DNA of 60,600 bases, from assembly GCA_038087875.1 (NCBI GenBank), contig JAXLNO010000388.1:1-60600 (forward strand). The letters run 5' to 3'. The stretch comes from Malacoraja senta (Eukaryota). This document shows, piece after piece, positions 25,736-39,589 of the stretch. Made by a program: the position numbers and the translations under genes. Each line of letters begins with the position of its first letter. The first letter of the stretch is position 1. The notes under the pieces are model-generated. The model did not search any database. It was not told where the DNA came from and was given only the letters and a program-made list of their open reading frames with translations.

Positions 25736-26037
25736 GAGGGAGAAGGGCCAAACGCAGACTAACGGGACTAGCCCAGTTTGCCAACTTGGCCAGCATGGAC
25801 AATGTGGGCGAAGGGCCTTTTACCGTGCTGTACAGCTCTGTGACTCTGCGTCAGTGGCTGTCAGGTACAGCAAGATAAACAAAGCATCAATCACAAACAT
25901 GATTCCATCTTTCCAACAAACCACATTTGGGCTCACACCCACATCCAACCAGACGTCTGATACCTATTTGTGGTGGCTGATGTGTAGGAGTCGTGTTCAT
26001 AGAGTCCGCTTCGACCAGCGCTCACCCCGTACAGTAA

Positions 26038-26190
26038 GGGGCCTGTCCCACTTGGCCGGCATTTGCGCGTCACGCAGATGGCGCGTGTAGATTTTGTACA
26101 TCACAAAATCCGCTGGATCCGCATGCGTCGTGACGCCTAAATGACGTAGCGTAAATTATGCGCAAATGATGGCCAAGTGGGACAGGCCCT
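26038..26190. mobile_element. 153-bp PIF/Harbinger-like MITE inserted in a SINE
   Basis: TIRs GGGCCTGTCCCACTTGGCC / GGCCAAGTGGGACAGGCCC; TAA on both sides (26035-26037, 26191-26193). Confidence 0.85.
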
Positions 26191-26349
26191 TAACACTCTC
26201 TTACACACACACGCTAGGGACAAGGTACAATTTTTACCCAAGCCAATTAACCTACAAACCTGCACATCTTTGTAGTGTGGGAGGACACTGGACTCGGTGG
26301 GCCGAAGGGCCTGTTTCCATGCTGTATCTCTAAACTAAAAAATAGAATG

Positions 26350-26600
26350 CGTGGGAAACGGGCTCTTCCACCCACCGTGTCCGCGCCGACCTGCGACCAA
26401 CGCAAGTCCTACACCCACTAGGGACAATTCACACTCATACCAAGCCATTTAACCGAGAAATCTGCACGTCTTTGGAGTGTGGGAGGAAACCGGAGCACCC
26501 GGAGAAAAACAACGCAGGTCACGGGGAGAAGGTACAAACTCCGGACAGACAGCACCCGGGTCTCTGGCGCTGTGAGACACCCGCTGCGCCACCGTGCTGC
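26350..26600 (-). mobile_element. HE1-like V-SINE (deleted)
   Basis: V-domain and head remnants. Confidence 0.75.
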
Positions 26601-27261
26601 CGTTAAGTGGATGAGCACGGAGGGGCGCTGCAAAGTACAGCCACCTGATGCTGAAAATAGTTCTCAAAGTACGCAAACGCTGCAATCATTTGGAGTTGCA
26701 GGTAGACACAAAATGCTGGAGCAACTCAGCAGGTCAGGCAGCATCTCTGGAGAGAAGGAATGGGTGACGTTTCGGGTCGAGACCCTGAAGAGACCCAGAG
26801 ATGCTGCCTGTCTGACCCGCTGAGTTACTCCAGCAACTTACGTCTATCTTCGGTGTAAACCAGCATCTATCTGCAGTTCTTTCCTGGTCATTTGAGGTCG
26901 GTAGACTTGAATGAACCTGGACAAGAATAACAACTGCCTAACACATATTAACCGCAGTCGGAGCCCCCGCGCATCTTTCACGACGCAGAGACAGATAAAA
27001 ACATTCATTAACTATTACTGACAGGTGATTCTTTTATTTCTATTAACAAATCTCTGGCACTCACCACGGTTTAGGTAATGTACCATGTGCACAATCTGGA
27101 ATTCTTACTCAAAGGTCAACTAATTTCATTTGTTCATGTAATCTTGGACCGGAGGGCACAGCCTCACAATTAAAGGACGTTCCTTCAAGAAAGAGACGAG
27201 GAAGAATTTCTTAAGTCAGAGCATCGTGAATCTGTGGAATTCATTGCCAAAGATCATTATT

Positions 27262-27550
27262 GGGCAACACGGTGACGCAGCGGGTACAGCTGTTGTCTCA
27301 CAGTGCCAGAGTCCCCGCTTAGATCCCGACTACGGGTGCTGTCTGTACGGAGTTTGTACCTTCTCCCCGTGACTGCGGGGGGGGTTTCTCCGAGATCTTC
27401 GGAGAAAACGTGCAGGTTTGTAGGTTAATGCCTTAGGTATAAATGTCAATTGTCCCTAGTGTGGGATAGTCTTAATGTGCGGGGATCGCTGGTCGGTGCG
27501 GAATCGGTGGGCCGAAGGGCCTGTTTCTGCGCTGTATCTCCAAACTAAAC
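27262..27550 (+). mobile_element. HE1-like V-SINE
   Basis: Head, partial V-domain and tail. Confidence 0.8.
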
Positions 27551-27727
27551 TACACTACACTACTGTGGACCTGCTTAATAGAGGATATAGCTTCAGGATT
27601 GAGGAATAAAAAATATTTGGGAAGGTGGGAGGAAAATCGTGACACCCAGGGGCCGGTGACAATCACGAGTGCCCTGACTGGGTGGCTGGTGGTAGTGTGT
27701 ACAGGCAGAATATTGAAGTAGAAGATA

Positions 27728-28022
27728 GTTTACTTTAGTTTAGAGATACAGCAGGGTAACAGGCCCTTCGGCCCATCGAGTCCACGCCAACCAACGAGCA
27801 CCCCATTCACTAGTTCTATCCAACAAACCAAGGACAATTTACAGAAGCCCATCAACCTACAAACCTGCACGTCTTTGAGTGTGGGAGGAATCCAGAGCTC
27901 CCAGAGAAACCCACGCGGGTCACGGGGAGAACATGCAACCTCCGTACGGACAGTAGACGGGATGGAACCCGGGTCTCTGGCGCTGTGTGGCAGCAAATCT
28001 ACCCGCTGCGCCACCGTGCCGC
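27728..28022 (-). mobile_element. HE1-like V-SINE
   Basis: Head, V-domain and tail. Confidence 0.8.
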
Positions 28023-28038
28023 TCCTAGAAGACAGCTC

Positions 28039-28716
28039 TATCCATGTTCTCCACAGATGCTGCCTGACCCGCTGAGTTACTCCAGCACTCTGTGAAACGT
28101 CACCTATCCATGTTCTCCACAGATGCTGCCTGACCCGCTGAGTTACTCCAGCACTCTGTGAAAACGTCACCTATCCATGTTCTCCACAGATGCTGCCTGA
28201 CCCGCTGAGTTACTCCAGCACTCTGTGAAACGTCACCTATCCATGTTCCGGCTAGCATCTATGGAGCGACAGGAAAATAGGCAACGATTTCGGGCCCGAA
28301 ACCCGGGTTTCGGCCCGAAATGTTGCCTATTTCCTTCAGGGTTTCGGCCCGAAAGGTTGCCCATTTCCTTCGCTCCACAGATGCTGCCTGACCCCGCTGA
28401 GTTACTCCAGCACTCTGTGAAACGTCACCTATCCATGTTCTCCACAGATGCTGCCTGACCCGCTGAGTTACTCCAGCACTCTGTGAAACGTCATCTATCC
28501 ATGTTCCGGCAGCATCTATGGAGCGAAGGAAATAGGCAACGTTTCGGCCCGAAACCCTTCCGGGTTTCGGCCCGAAATGTTGCCTATTTCCTTCAGGGTT
28601 TCGGCCCGAAAGGTTGCCCATTTCCTTCGCTCCACAGATGCTGCCTGACCCGCTGAGTTACTCCAGCACTCTGTGAAACGTCACCTATCCATGTTCTCCA
28701 CAGATGCTGCCTGTCC
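28039..28716. repeat. 66-bp Penelope-derived tandem array with two palindromic inserts (array B, opposite orientation to A)
   Basis: Unit GAAACGTCACCTATCCATGTTCTCCACAGATGCTGCCTGACCCGCTGAGTTACTCCAGCACTCTGT; inserts at ~28248-28375 and ~28507-28632. Confidence 0.9.
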
Positions 28717-28779
28717 CGCAAGGCGGAGAAGCCAAGTACAATTGGTATAGATGGGCAATTAATGACTGGCATCAACATA

Positions 28780-29200
28780 GGCACGGTGGAGCAGCGGTAG
28801 AGTTGCTGCCTCACAGCACCAGAGACCCAGGTTCGATCCTGACCATGGTTGTTGTCTGTGTTTGGAGTTTCATAGGTTCAGAAGTTTCAGGAGCAGAATT
28901 AGGCCATTCGGCCCATCATGTCAACTCTGCCATTCAATCATGGCTGTTCTATCTTTCCCTCTCAACCTCATTGTCCTGCCTTCTCCCCATAACCCCCTGG
29001 CACCTGAGTTTACCCGTTCTCCCCGTGACCGCGTGGGTTTTCTCCGGGTGCCCCGGTTTCCTCCCACACTCCGAAAACGTGTCGGTTGATCGGCTTGTGT
29101 AAATTGTCCCTAGTGTGTGTAGGGATAGAACTTGTGTACCCGGTGATCGCTTGGTTCAGCACCGACCCGATGGGCCGAAGGTCCAGTTTCTGTGCTGTGA
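28780..29200 (+). mobile_element. HE1-like V-SINE interrupted by an inverted CR1 tail
   Basis: SINE breaks at GGAGTTT (28870) and resumes GAGTTTACCCGTTCTCCCCG (~29006). Confidence 0.75.
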
Positions 29201-29299
29201 GACTCCAAGGTTGGGAACTGCATGGGATTATAACATTGATCCAGCCTGCTCACTCACACCACCTACTGGTCAGCCACACCACACGCACTGAAGGCCAGA

Positions 29300-29612
29300 T
29301 GTTTAAGAAAGAACTGCAGATGCTGGAAAAATCGAAGGTAGACAAAAATGCTGGATTAACTCAGCGGGTCAGGCAGCATCTGTGGAGAACATGGATAGGT
29401 GACGTTTCACAGAGTGCTGGAGTAACTCAGCGGGTCAGGCAGCATCTGTGGAGAACATGGATAGGTGACGTTTCACAGAGTGCTGAAGTAACTCAGCGGG
29501 TCAGGCAGCATCTGTGGAGAAAGAAGATGGGTCGGAACCCAAATATGTCACCCATTCCTTCTTCTCCAGGGATGCTGCCTGACCCACTGAGTTACTCCAG
29601 CATTTTGTGTCT
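29300..29612. repeat. Penelope pLTR with about 3 copies of the 66-bp unit and an inverted end
   Basis: Same unit as array A. Confidence 0.8.
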
Positions 29613-29639
29613 AACTTAAGTACAGTATTCAATGTTGAT

Positions 29640-29865
29640 CACGCAGCTATGCGAAAGATGCCATTAAACTGGAAAGGGTGCAGAGAAGATTTACGAGGAT
29701 GTTGCCAGGACTCGAGGGCCTGAGCTACAGGGAGAGGTTGAGCTGGCTAGGACTCTATTCCCTGGAGCGCTGGAGGATGAGGGGTGACCTCATAGAGGTG
29801 TATAGTATCATGAGGGGAATAGACAGGGTGAATGTACAGAGTCTTGTACCCAGAGTAGGGAGATC
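29640..29865 (+). mobile_element. CR1-like ORF2 fragment
   Basis: ERVQRRFTRMLPGLEGLSYRERL..LGLYSLE..RMRGDLIEVY. Confidence 0.85.
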
Positions 29866-30157
29866 ATTAGGGATAGAACAGGAAGATAGACACAAAACGC
29901 TGGAGTAATTCAGCGGGCAGGGAGAGAAGGGTTGGGTGACGTTTTTCGAGTTGAGACCCTTCTTCAGATGGGAGTGGGCTACAGGCGTGGCACGGCGCAG
30001 TTAACAGGAGGCTATCTGACAGAGAGCTGGCAGCAAAGGAAGTGGACTGGGACTCGGAGGCAATCCTGGCTCCAGCCTCCCTCACGTTTCATTTTCACCG
30101 CAACTCGCTGCAAGCAAAGTTGTTCTTAAAATAACACACATGCATTTCACCGGACTG

Positions 30158-30215
30158 CTGCACTCAGGGGTCTGCACTCAGGGGTCTGCACTCAGGGGTC
30201 TGCACTCAGGGGTCT
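30158..30215. repeat. 14-bp tandem repeat x4 (CTGCACTCAGGGGT)
   Basis: Four exact copies. Confidence 0.95.
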
Positions 30216-30277
30216 TGACTCTGCTGTCACATCTGGTGTGAGCATGCGGCTAGCCTGCTGAACACTGCAGGAATCTA

Positions 30278-30309
<32 letters not shown>

Positions 30310-30937
30310 ACACACACAGACGTGCACAGACATGCACACAGAGACACACAGACAACATACACACACACACACACACACAGAGACACACACACACACAGAG
30401 AGACACACACACAGACACAGACATGCACACAGAGACAGACACACACAGACACACACACACACACAGACACAGACACAGACACACACAGAGACACACACAA
30501 CATACACACACACAAAACATACACACACACACAGACACAGACACACACACAGAGACACACACAACATACACACACACAACATACACACACACACAGACAC
30601 AGACATGCACACAGAGACACACACACAGACACACACACAGAGACAGACACACACAGACACATAGACACAGACACACAGACACACACACAGAGACACACAC
30701 AACATACACACACACAACATATACACACACACACAGATACAGACACACACACAGAGACACACACAACATACACACACACAACATACACACACACACACAG
30801 ACACACACAGAGACACACACAACATACACACAAACATACACACAAACACACACACACAACATACACACACAACATACACACACACAACATACACACACAC
30901 AACACACACACACACACAACATACACACACACACACA
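30278..30937. repeat. Compound (CA)n/(CAGA) microsatellite
   Basis: Direct inspection. Confidence 0.95.
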
Positions 30938-32249
30938 TGCGCGAGGGTTGGGGGAGAGAGAAGGAGAACATAACACTGGGCCTGAAGGCAAGCGGAGTTT
31001 CTCGTGCAGCAGAACAGAGGGTTTATTTAAACCAGCACATGTGCCAGTACACAGTAAACAGCTGCCAGCCTCTTCACACTGTGGGAGTAATGCAGAGAAA
31101 ATAGGAACAATCTTCTTGCAGGATGTGGGAACCGCATTCAGTACAGGATCATGTCTGGCACCAGAAACATTCAACCTCCTCTCCCCTCCTGTAGTTTACT
31201 TTGGTTCAATTTAGTTTAGAGATACAGAGCCGAAACAGGCCCTTCAGCCCACGAGTCCATGCTGACCAGCGATCCCCGCACACTAACACTATCCTACACA
31301 CACTAGGGACAATTTATACATTTATACCGAAGCAAATTAACCTACACACCTTAAAGTAAACATGCAGGTACAGCAGGCAGTGAAGAAAGCTAATGGCATG
31401 TTGGCCTTCATAACGAGAGGCTTTGTGAGTATAGGAGCAAAGAGGTCCTTCTGCAGTTGTGCAGGGCCCTGGTGAGACCACACCAGGAGTATTGTGCGCA
31501 GTTTACTCCAGCATTGTGTGTCCATCTTTACTGAAGTTGAGGATGACCTGTGACATTATCTAACGGCAGAGGGGTCAAATGGCCAAAGCTGCTCGTCCTG
31601 TGCAGCCAATGTCAACAGCAAGGCTGGTGGGAGAGTGAGAACATTCAGTTCCTTCCTGAGGGAGCAGACCACAACCTGGCCCTGGAAATGATGAGAGATA
31701 TAATATCATCCGCTGGACAAGGCAATGTGTTTATATTTGGTCGCACCGAATCTCCCGCACACCCGCACAATGCTCGATTAGTACGGGTGTCAGGGTTACG
31801 GGGAGAAGGCAGCAGAATAGGGTTAGGAGGGAGAGATAGATCAGCCATGATTGAATGGCGGAGTAGACACGATGGGCCGAATGGCCTCATTCTTCTCCTA
31901 TCCCTTACGACCTGATGAACAACGCCACAGCATCTGTTCATGTCTCATTGACTCCATCTACACCTCACGCTGCCTCAGCAAGGCCAGCAGCATCATCTAG
32001 TCCGAGTCGCACCCTGGCCACTCCCTCATCTCGCCAATAGATCATGTTTACTGAGTTCACCTGTTACTGAGACCTTACTGAGGCTTACACTGTGGCTTTA
32101 GATATCTACATTCTTACAGGGCTCCATGTTGACTGTCGCAGCAAACACTCTGGTCTCTGCAACTGCTGACGGAGTCGCAGGCTCTAACCCTCTTCTTCAC
32201 CCAGTGCTAGAGGTAAACAACTCTCTGGAGACACACGGATATAAGATGC

Positions 32250-32497
32250 AGTAACTCGCCGGGTCAGGCAGCATCTGTGGAGAACATGGATAGGTGATGT
32301 TTCACAGAGTGCTGGAGTAACTCAGCGGGTCAGGCAGCATCTGTGGAGAACATGGATAGGTGATGTTTCACAGAGTGCTGGAGTAACTCAGCGGGTCAGG
32401 CAGCATCTGTGGAGAACATGGATAGGTGACGTTTCACAGAGTGCTGGAGTAACTCAGTGGGTCAGGCAGCATCTGTGGAGAACGTGGATAGGTGACA
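32250..32497. repeat. About 4 copies of the 66-bp Penelope-derived unit
   Basis: Same unit as array A, no insert. Confidence 0.85.
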
Positions 32498-32504
32498 CAT
32501 GAGG

Positions 32505-32745
32505 TACCCACTTTATCCCACTCTCTCAGCCACTCCCTACACACTAGGAGTAATTTACAGAAGGCCAATTAACCTACAAACCTGCACATGTTTGGGATGT
32601 GGGAGGAATCCAGAGCACCCGGAGGAAACCCACGCGGTCACGGGGAGAACGTTGAAACTCCATACAGACAGCAGCCGAGGTCAGGATCGAACCTGGGACT
32701 CTGCGCTGTGAGGCAGCAGCTCTACCCGCTATGCCACTGTGCCGG
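32505..32745 (-). mobile_element. HE1-like V-SINE (tail missing)
   Basis: V-domain and head. Confidence 0.75.
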
Positions 32746-33117
32746 GCTTGTAACATGACATTAGTGACATAACAGGTGGTGGGTGATATCCTTGACCAAA
32801 GGCAACAACCTGGAGATGAGTGGTGGAGATGGATAGATTCACGTGGCATTGTGCCCACTCATACAGCTCGCTCCAGGTAGGGTGGGAGGTGCCGAGCCAA
32901 CGTTGGAGTCTACAAACTAAACGTGCTTCTCAGAAGATAACACTATTTACCACATGCAGATATAATATTAGACAGATTGGGGCAGAACCTGCTGGTCAAC
33001 ACTCCACAGAGCGCCAGCGTGTCCTTGTCTCTGCAGCCACTCATTATCAAACCCAATTTGGATTTGTGCACCATTGCAGTCATTTGGCTCTGACGACCCA
33101 GCCCCACAGAATGCTAA

Positions 33118-34100
33118 TCGCAGAGAGTTGTGGACGCAGCCCAGACCGTCACACAAACCAACCTGACTCCATCTACACTAATCTACATTAAGCAGTAAGC
33201 CATTTAGAATGGAGACGAGGAAACACTTTATCTCACAGGGAGTGGTGAGTCTGTGGAATTCTCTGCCTCAGAGGGCAGTGGAGGCGGGTTCTCTGGATGC
33301 TTTCAAGAGAGAGCTAGATAGGGCTCTTAAAAATAGCGGAGTCAGGGGGTATGGGGAGAAGGCAGGAACGGGGTACTGATTGGGGATGATCAGCCATGAT
33401 CACATTAAATGGCGGTGCTGGCTCGAAGGGCTGAATGGCCTACTCCTGCACCTATTGTCTATCGTCTATTGTGTACATCTCACGCTGCCTCGGCAAGGCC
33501 AGCAGCATAATCAAGGACTAGTCTCACCCTGGCCACTCCCCTCTTCTCCCCTCTCCCATCGGGCAAGAGGTACAGAAGTGTGAAAACGCACACCTCCAGA
33601 TTCAGGGACAGTCTCTTCCCAGCTGTTATCAGGCAACTGAACCATCCTACCACAACCAGAGAGCAGTGCTGAACTCATTGGTGACCCTCGGACTATCCAT
33701 GACCGGACTTTGCTGGCTTTACCTTGCACTAAACATTATTCCCTTATCCTGTTAAAGAAGGAACTGCAGATGCTGGAAAATCGAAGGTACACAAAAATGC
33801 TGGAGAAACTCAGCGGGTGCAGCAGCATCTATGGAGCGAAGGAAATAGGTAACGTTTCGGGCCGAAACCCTTCTTCAGACTGATGAAGGGTTTCGGCCCG
33901 AAACGTTACCTATTTCCTTCGCTCCATAGATGCTGCTGCACCCGCTGAGTTTCTCCAGCATTTTTGTATTCCCTTATCCTGTATCTGTACACTGTGAATG
34001 TCTCGATTGTAATCATGTATTGTCTTTCCACTGACTGGTTAGCGCACAACAAAAGCTTTTCACTGTACCTCGGTACACGTGACAATAAACTAAACTGAAT
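33118..34100 (+). mobile_element. Rex1/Babar-like LINE 3' end, interrupted by a CR1 fragment (33190-33472) and an inverted pLTR pair (33752-33967)
   Basis: QRVVDAAQTVTQTNL...SRCLGKASSIIKD.SHPGHSLFSPLPSGKRYRSVKTHTSRFRDSLFPAVIRQLN. TATTCCCTTATCCTGT is duplicated around the pLTR pair. Confidence 0.8.
33851..33907. ncRNA. Back-to-back minimal hammerhead-like cores, one per strand
   Basis: Plus: CTGATGA-A-GGGT-TTCG-GCCC-GAAAC-GTT (33880-33907). Minus: CTGAAGA-A-GGGT-TTCG-GCCC-GAAAC-GTT (33851-33878). Confidence 0.6.
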
Positions 34101-34974
34101 ATCATGTGTTCAGCCACTGAGGGCGAGATGTCAAGTTCCATTTGATGTATAAACCAGCCCACTGGTGTAGGAGTTGTCTCTGCGTCAGTAAATCACACAC
34201 TGTCCTGCTCTCTTTGAAAGGTGACACTGCCCTGGCTTGGAATAGCAGCCAGATTTAAATTGGACAATCTGCAGATCCCTTTCACCTCGAACAATGGAAC
34301 TGTGTTTCTCCACACACTCCGCGAAGATATATTGGGAACATTTTTAAGCAAGAAATAATTAGCGGCAGTTTATGAAAGTGCTCCATGCACACTCAGCTCA
34401 ATCACAAGCAGAGAGGAACAGACATGCACTTGATTCCCCCCCCCCCCCCCCTCCCCACACCAATCTAACCTCGCCAATATCTATTTCAACATTATTTGTG
34501 CTGCATCTTTCAGTTAATATTCAGGGTTCCCCAACAAGGACACGAGGTCCCTGTCACCACCCCCCCCCCCCCCCCCCCCCCCCCCCCACCTTTCAAAGGT
34601 AGACACAAAATGCTGGAGGAACTCAGCGGGCAGGCAGCATCTTTGGGAGGAGGAATGGGTGACGGTTCGTGTTGAGACCCTTTCATCGGGCACTTCTTCT
34701 GAAGAAGGGTCTCGACCTGATACGTCACCCATTCCTTCTCTCCAGAGAGTCTGCCTGTCCCGCTGAGTTGCTCCAGCATTTTGTTTGTTGTTTTCTGCTC
34801 ATTGATAACAACACGAGGAAGAGGAAAGGCCACACTCTGCAGTGGCAACTGCACCCGAGCTGATTTCCCAAGGTCACTAATTGATCAGGAAACAATTGTC
34901 TGCCTGATTTAATCTGCACAAAACAGCTTTTACAGGCAATTCATGCATTCAAAAAAATAAAAATCACACTGGAG

Positions 34975-35390
34975 TTTAGTTTAGTTTAGAGATACAGAGC
35001 GGAAACAGGCCCTTCAGGCCCACCGAGTCTGTTCTGACCAGCGATCCCCACACACTTACACTACCGAACGCACACTAGGGACTGTGGAATTCTGTGGAGG
35101 CCGGTTCTCTGGATACTTTCAGAGAGAGTTAGATAGGGCTCTTAAAGATAGTGGAGTCAGGGGATATGGAGAGAAGGCAGGAACGGGGTACTGATTGTGG
35201 ATGACCAGCCATGATCACATTGAATGGCGGTGCTGGCTCGAAGGGCCGAATGGCCTACAAATGCACCTATTGTCTATTGACAATTTGCAATTTGTGAATG
35301 GTATAATGTGTAGGATAGTGTGCGGAGATCGCTGATCGGTAGGGACCCGGTGGGCCGAAGGGCCCGCTTCTATGCTGTATCTCTAAACTG
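34975..35390. mobile_element. SINE tail fragments in opposite orientations surrounding a CR1 3' end
   Basis: SINE tail on minus at 34975-35082, CR1 on plus at 35083-35280, SINE tail on plus at 35305-35390. Confidence 0.7.
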
Positions 35391-36399
35391 TAGACCTAAA
35401 GACAACACACAGAGGAGATGCAAACGATGGCAGGTTCAAGCCACCAAGCAGGAGACCTCTCTCTGGAGGCGAGCAGGCCAACAATGCTTTTAGGATCGCT
35501 GTCGCCAAATCAACTCTTTAAATCAGACAGAACCACAACAATCTCCCGTTGTATCATCACTTCAACTGGGAAGCTGCCACCATCTTTTATCAAAACGTCA
35601 GTCATTTATGCTGAATCAGCAAGATGTGGGAAAAAATCCCTGATTTAGTGAAATCTGTTGTGACAAGCCATCTGATAAAAGGATTTCAATGTACAGATGT
35701 GTAAAATACAATTGCATTCATTATTAATGTATAATCTATGTATTTGTTACCTCCTCTGTCTCGTAGGCCTCATTTAAAAATACACACTAATATCGCGCGG
35801 GCCAATTTCTGTACAGGGCAATATTTCACTGTCAATAATTTAGTGGAGAATTCAAAAATCTCTTTCTACAGCAGACAATAAAACCCAAAACCTTTCTTCA
35901 GCAGGGCTTGAAATATTTATAAGCAAATTTGTTCGGCAATGCCTGCTCTGGTGTACGAGAGAGTTTGTGTTACCTTTTTTAGTCTAATAGACCGTATTTT
36001 AAAACCAGCGCACATCAAAAAAATCGAATCAATTCAACAATACCTGTCAACATCTGCAGGCTTTCCCAACACTACTTAATAGCCTTTCAAAAACACAGCT
36101 CAAACTTCGACAAATAGATGGATGTCTTTTTTCCCTAAAAATAAAAGGCATTTATTAGACCAAATGTATTCCTTTTAAGAAGGAACTGCTGATGCTGGAA
36201 AATCGAAGGTAACTCAGTAGGTTCAGTCTGATGAAGGGTTTCAGCCCGAAACGTTGCCTATTTCCTTCGCTCCATAGATGCTGCTGCACCTGCTGAGTTT
36301 CTCCAGCACTTTTGTCTACCTTGTATTCTTTTTATGGTCCTCTGGACGAGGTGGAGGTTTTCTTAGTTTAGCGTCCCCTTTGCTTGTTTTAGACCAGAC

Positions 36400-36645
36400 T
36401 TTAGAGATACAGCGCGGAAACAGGCCCTTTGTCTGACCGAGTCCACGCTGACCAGCGATCCCTAACATTAACCTATAACACCTATACATGTAGTCTTTAT
36501 AGTGTGGGAGGAAACCGGAGCACCCGGAGAAATCTCACCCGGTCACAGTTAGAATGCACAAACTCCGTACAGACAGCACCCGTGGTCAGGATCGAACCCG
36601 TGTCTCTGGCGCTGTGAGGCAGCAACTCTACCGCTGCTCCACCAT
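36400..36645 (-). mobile_element. HE1-like V-SINE (deleted)
   Basis: Tail, V-domain and head. Confidence 0.75.
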
Positions 36646-37287
36646 GACGGGCCTGTCTAGGCTGCTACCAAAACAATCCAGGTAATGGAACCTTATGCTG
36701 TCTCAGATCTCAGGGTAAGGTAGAACTATCTCTCTCCCTCAACCCCATTCTCTTGCCTTCTCCCCATAACCCTGACACCCGTACTAATCAAGAACAGACG
36801 GTTGTGGAGGCCAAGTCAATGGTGTCAGGGGTTATGGGGAGAAGGCAGGACTGAATGGGTTGAGAGGGTGAGATAGATCAGCCAGGACTGAATGGCGGAG
36901 TAGACTTTTCATCAGTCTGAAGAAGGTTCTCGACACGAAATGTCACCTATTCCTTCGCTCCATAGATGCTGCCTCGCCCCTGAGTTTCTCCAGCATTTTT
37001 GTCTACTTGCAGAGCAGACTTGATGGGCCGAATGGCTTTATTCTGTTCCTATCACTAATGTCAACCACCACCGTAAATACCCAATGCCCTCCAGATTCTA
37101 CTCAAGATTCCAGTATCTGCAGTTCCTTCTGTTGCAACTGAATACAATTAAAACACTAAGTACTTGTGCTGTAACACCAGTATAAGGCCCAACCAGGAGA
37201 GCCAAGCCCAAAGCCACAGTTATAACTAAACTGCTTATACAAACTTATGCTCAGGACAATAACTAACTCTAATAATCAGCTACCTAC

Positions 37288-37620
37288 AATAGACAATAGA
37301 CAATAGGTGCAGGAGTAGGCCATTTGGCCCTTCGAGCCAGCACCGCCATTCAATGTGATCATGGCTGATCATCCCCAATCAGTACCCCGTTCCTGCCTTC
37401 TCCCCATATCCCTGACTCCGCTATTTTAAGAGCCCTATCCAGCTCTCCCTTGAAAGCATCCAGAGAACCTGCCTCCACCGCCCTCTGAGGCAGAGAATTC
37501 CACAGACTCACCACTCTCTGTGGAGAAAAAGTGTTTCCTCGTCTCCGTTCTAAGTGGCTTGCTCCTTATTCTTAAACTGTGGCCCCTGGTTCCCCCAACT
37601 CCCCCAACATCGGGAACATG
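37288..37620 (-). mobile_element. CR1-like LINE 3' fragment
   Basis: (AATAGAC)n end and ORF2 end ..TRGHSLRIR.KP.RTETRKHFF. Confidence 0.85.
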
Positions 37621-37949
37621 TTTGTACGGAGTTTGTACGTTCTCCCCGTGACCTGCGTGGGTTTTCTCCGGGTGCTCCGGTTTCCTCCCGCACTCCAAAG
37701 ATGTAGAGGTTTGTAGGCTAATTAGCTTGGTATGCTGTAATTGTAAAAATGTAGGATAGTGTTAGTGTGCAGGGATCGCAGGCCAGCACGGACCGGTGGG
37801 CCGAAGGGCCTGTTTCCGCACCGTATCTCTACACTAAACTAAAGTTAAAAAACGACATGTTAATAAGCACATGTTGTAAAAACCGACAGTGTAGATGCAG
37901 TTTATCAGTGGGCATCTCGCTTCACTGGTGTTACGTTGAGTTTTGTTAA

Positions 37950-38548
37950 GTTACAGCGAGTCAAAAAGGCCTAACAGAGGATGTACTTCCTGCAGCAGCT
38001 GAGGAAGCACATCTGCCACAGGCAATGATGGTCCAATTCTACACGGCCATTGTAGAGTCTGTCCTCACCTTCTCCATCATGGTCTGTTTGGCTCAGCCAC
38101 CAAGCACGACACCCGGAGGCTGCAGCGAATCGTCCGATCAACTGAGAAGGTTATTGGCTGCAACCTTCCCTCCATTGACGAACTGTACACTGCAAGGGCC
38201 AGGAAGCGAGCGGGTAAGATCATCTCTGACCCCTCTCACCCTGCCACAAACTCTTTGAATCACTTCCCCTGGAAGGCGACTCCGGACTGTCAAAGCTGCC
38301 ACAGCCGGACATAAAAACAGCTTTTATCCATGAGTAGTTGCTCTACTCAATAACCAAAAATCTGTAGCCTCCTTTTGCTCTGTATTTTATTTAATTAGCA
38401 TGTTTAATCAATAATGTTTTATTATTAATGTTTAATGTTTTATGTGTCATTCCTAACTGTCACTGTATGTCATGTTGTCACTTGCGGACGGAGCACCAAG
38501 GCAAATTCCTTGTATGTGAATACTTGGCCAATAGACTTATTCATTCAT
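37950..38548 (+). mobile_element. Rex1/Babar-like LINE 3' fragment (frameshifted) with (ATTC)n end
   Basis: KKA.QRMYFLQQLRK...MMVQFYTAIVESVLTFSIMV...DPSHP...PSGRRLRTVKAATAGHKNSFYP. Confidence 0.8.
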
Positions 38549-38908
38549 AATAGGCCCACAACGCCTTGGGAAGGCTCAGCTCAGCTCCTTCACTCTTGGG
38601 GGCAGTGAGGAGGGAAGTTGCCAGTTTGCACCGAACAACTCCCAGGCTGGAGGGAACGTTCCAGTCCAGTGCCCGTCCACCCAACGGCTCAACTCTTGGA
38701 CCCATTCCACTGGTGAATGGCGCTACGGAAATGCAGGCTTTGCAGGAAGGCCCCTCCTGTACTGTTGCTGCACTTTGCAATCTCCTCATTAATGCTGTTA
38801 ATTAGATTCATGTGTGAAACACACTGAAGTGGTCTCACTCTCACAGTTTCAAGGTACAACTCTGTACAACTAGTTGTGCTTTTCAAACTGGGGTCCGAAA
38901 AAAATCAG

Positions 38909-39553
38909 ACACACTCACACACACACGGTCACATACTCACACACACAGTCACATACACACACTCAGTCACATACTCACACACATGGTCACACTCAAAGAC
39001 ACACACACACTCAAACACACACACACTCACACACACACACACTCACAGACACACACTCAAAGACACACACACACAAAGACACACTTACACTCACACAAAC
39101 ACACACTCAAAGACACACACTCAAAGACACACACACTCACACACACACACACACAAAGACACACTCACACACACTCACGCACACGGTCACATACTCACAC
39201 AGTCACATACACACACTCAGTCACATACTCACACACACACACTCACACTCAAAGACACACTCACACACACACACACAAAGACACACACACTCACACACAC
39301 ACACTCACACACACACACAAACTCACACACACACTTACACTCAAAGACACACACACACACACACAAAGACACACAGACACTCACACACACACACACTCAC
39401 ACACACACACACACACACACACAAAGACACACAAAGACACACTTACACTCACACAAACACACACTCAAAGACACACACTCAAAGACACACACACAAAGAC
39501 ACACAGGCACTCACACACACACACTCACATAAAGACAACCAAAGACACACAAA

Positions 39554-39589
<36 letters not shown>

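Noticed and set aside
27058..27100. Minus-strand donor-like GTG|GTGAGT (a similar one lies near 23040)
   Set aside because: There is no strong acceptor or coding signal, and such hexamers are expected by chance.
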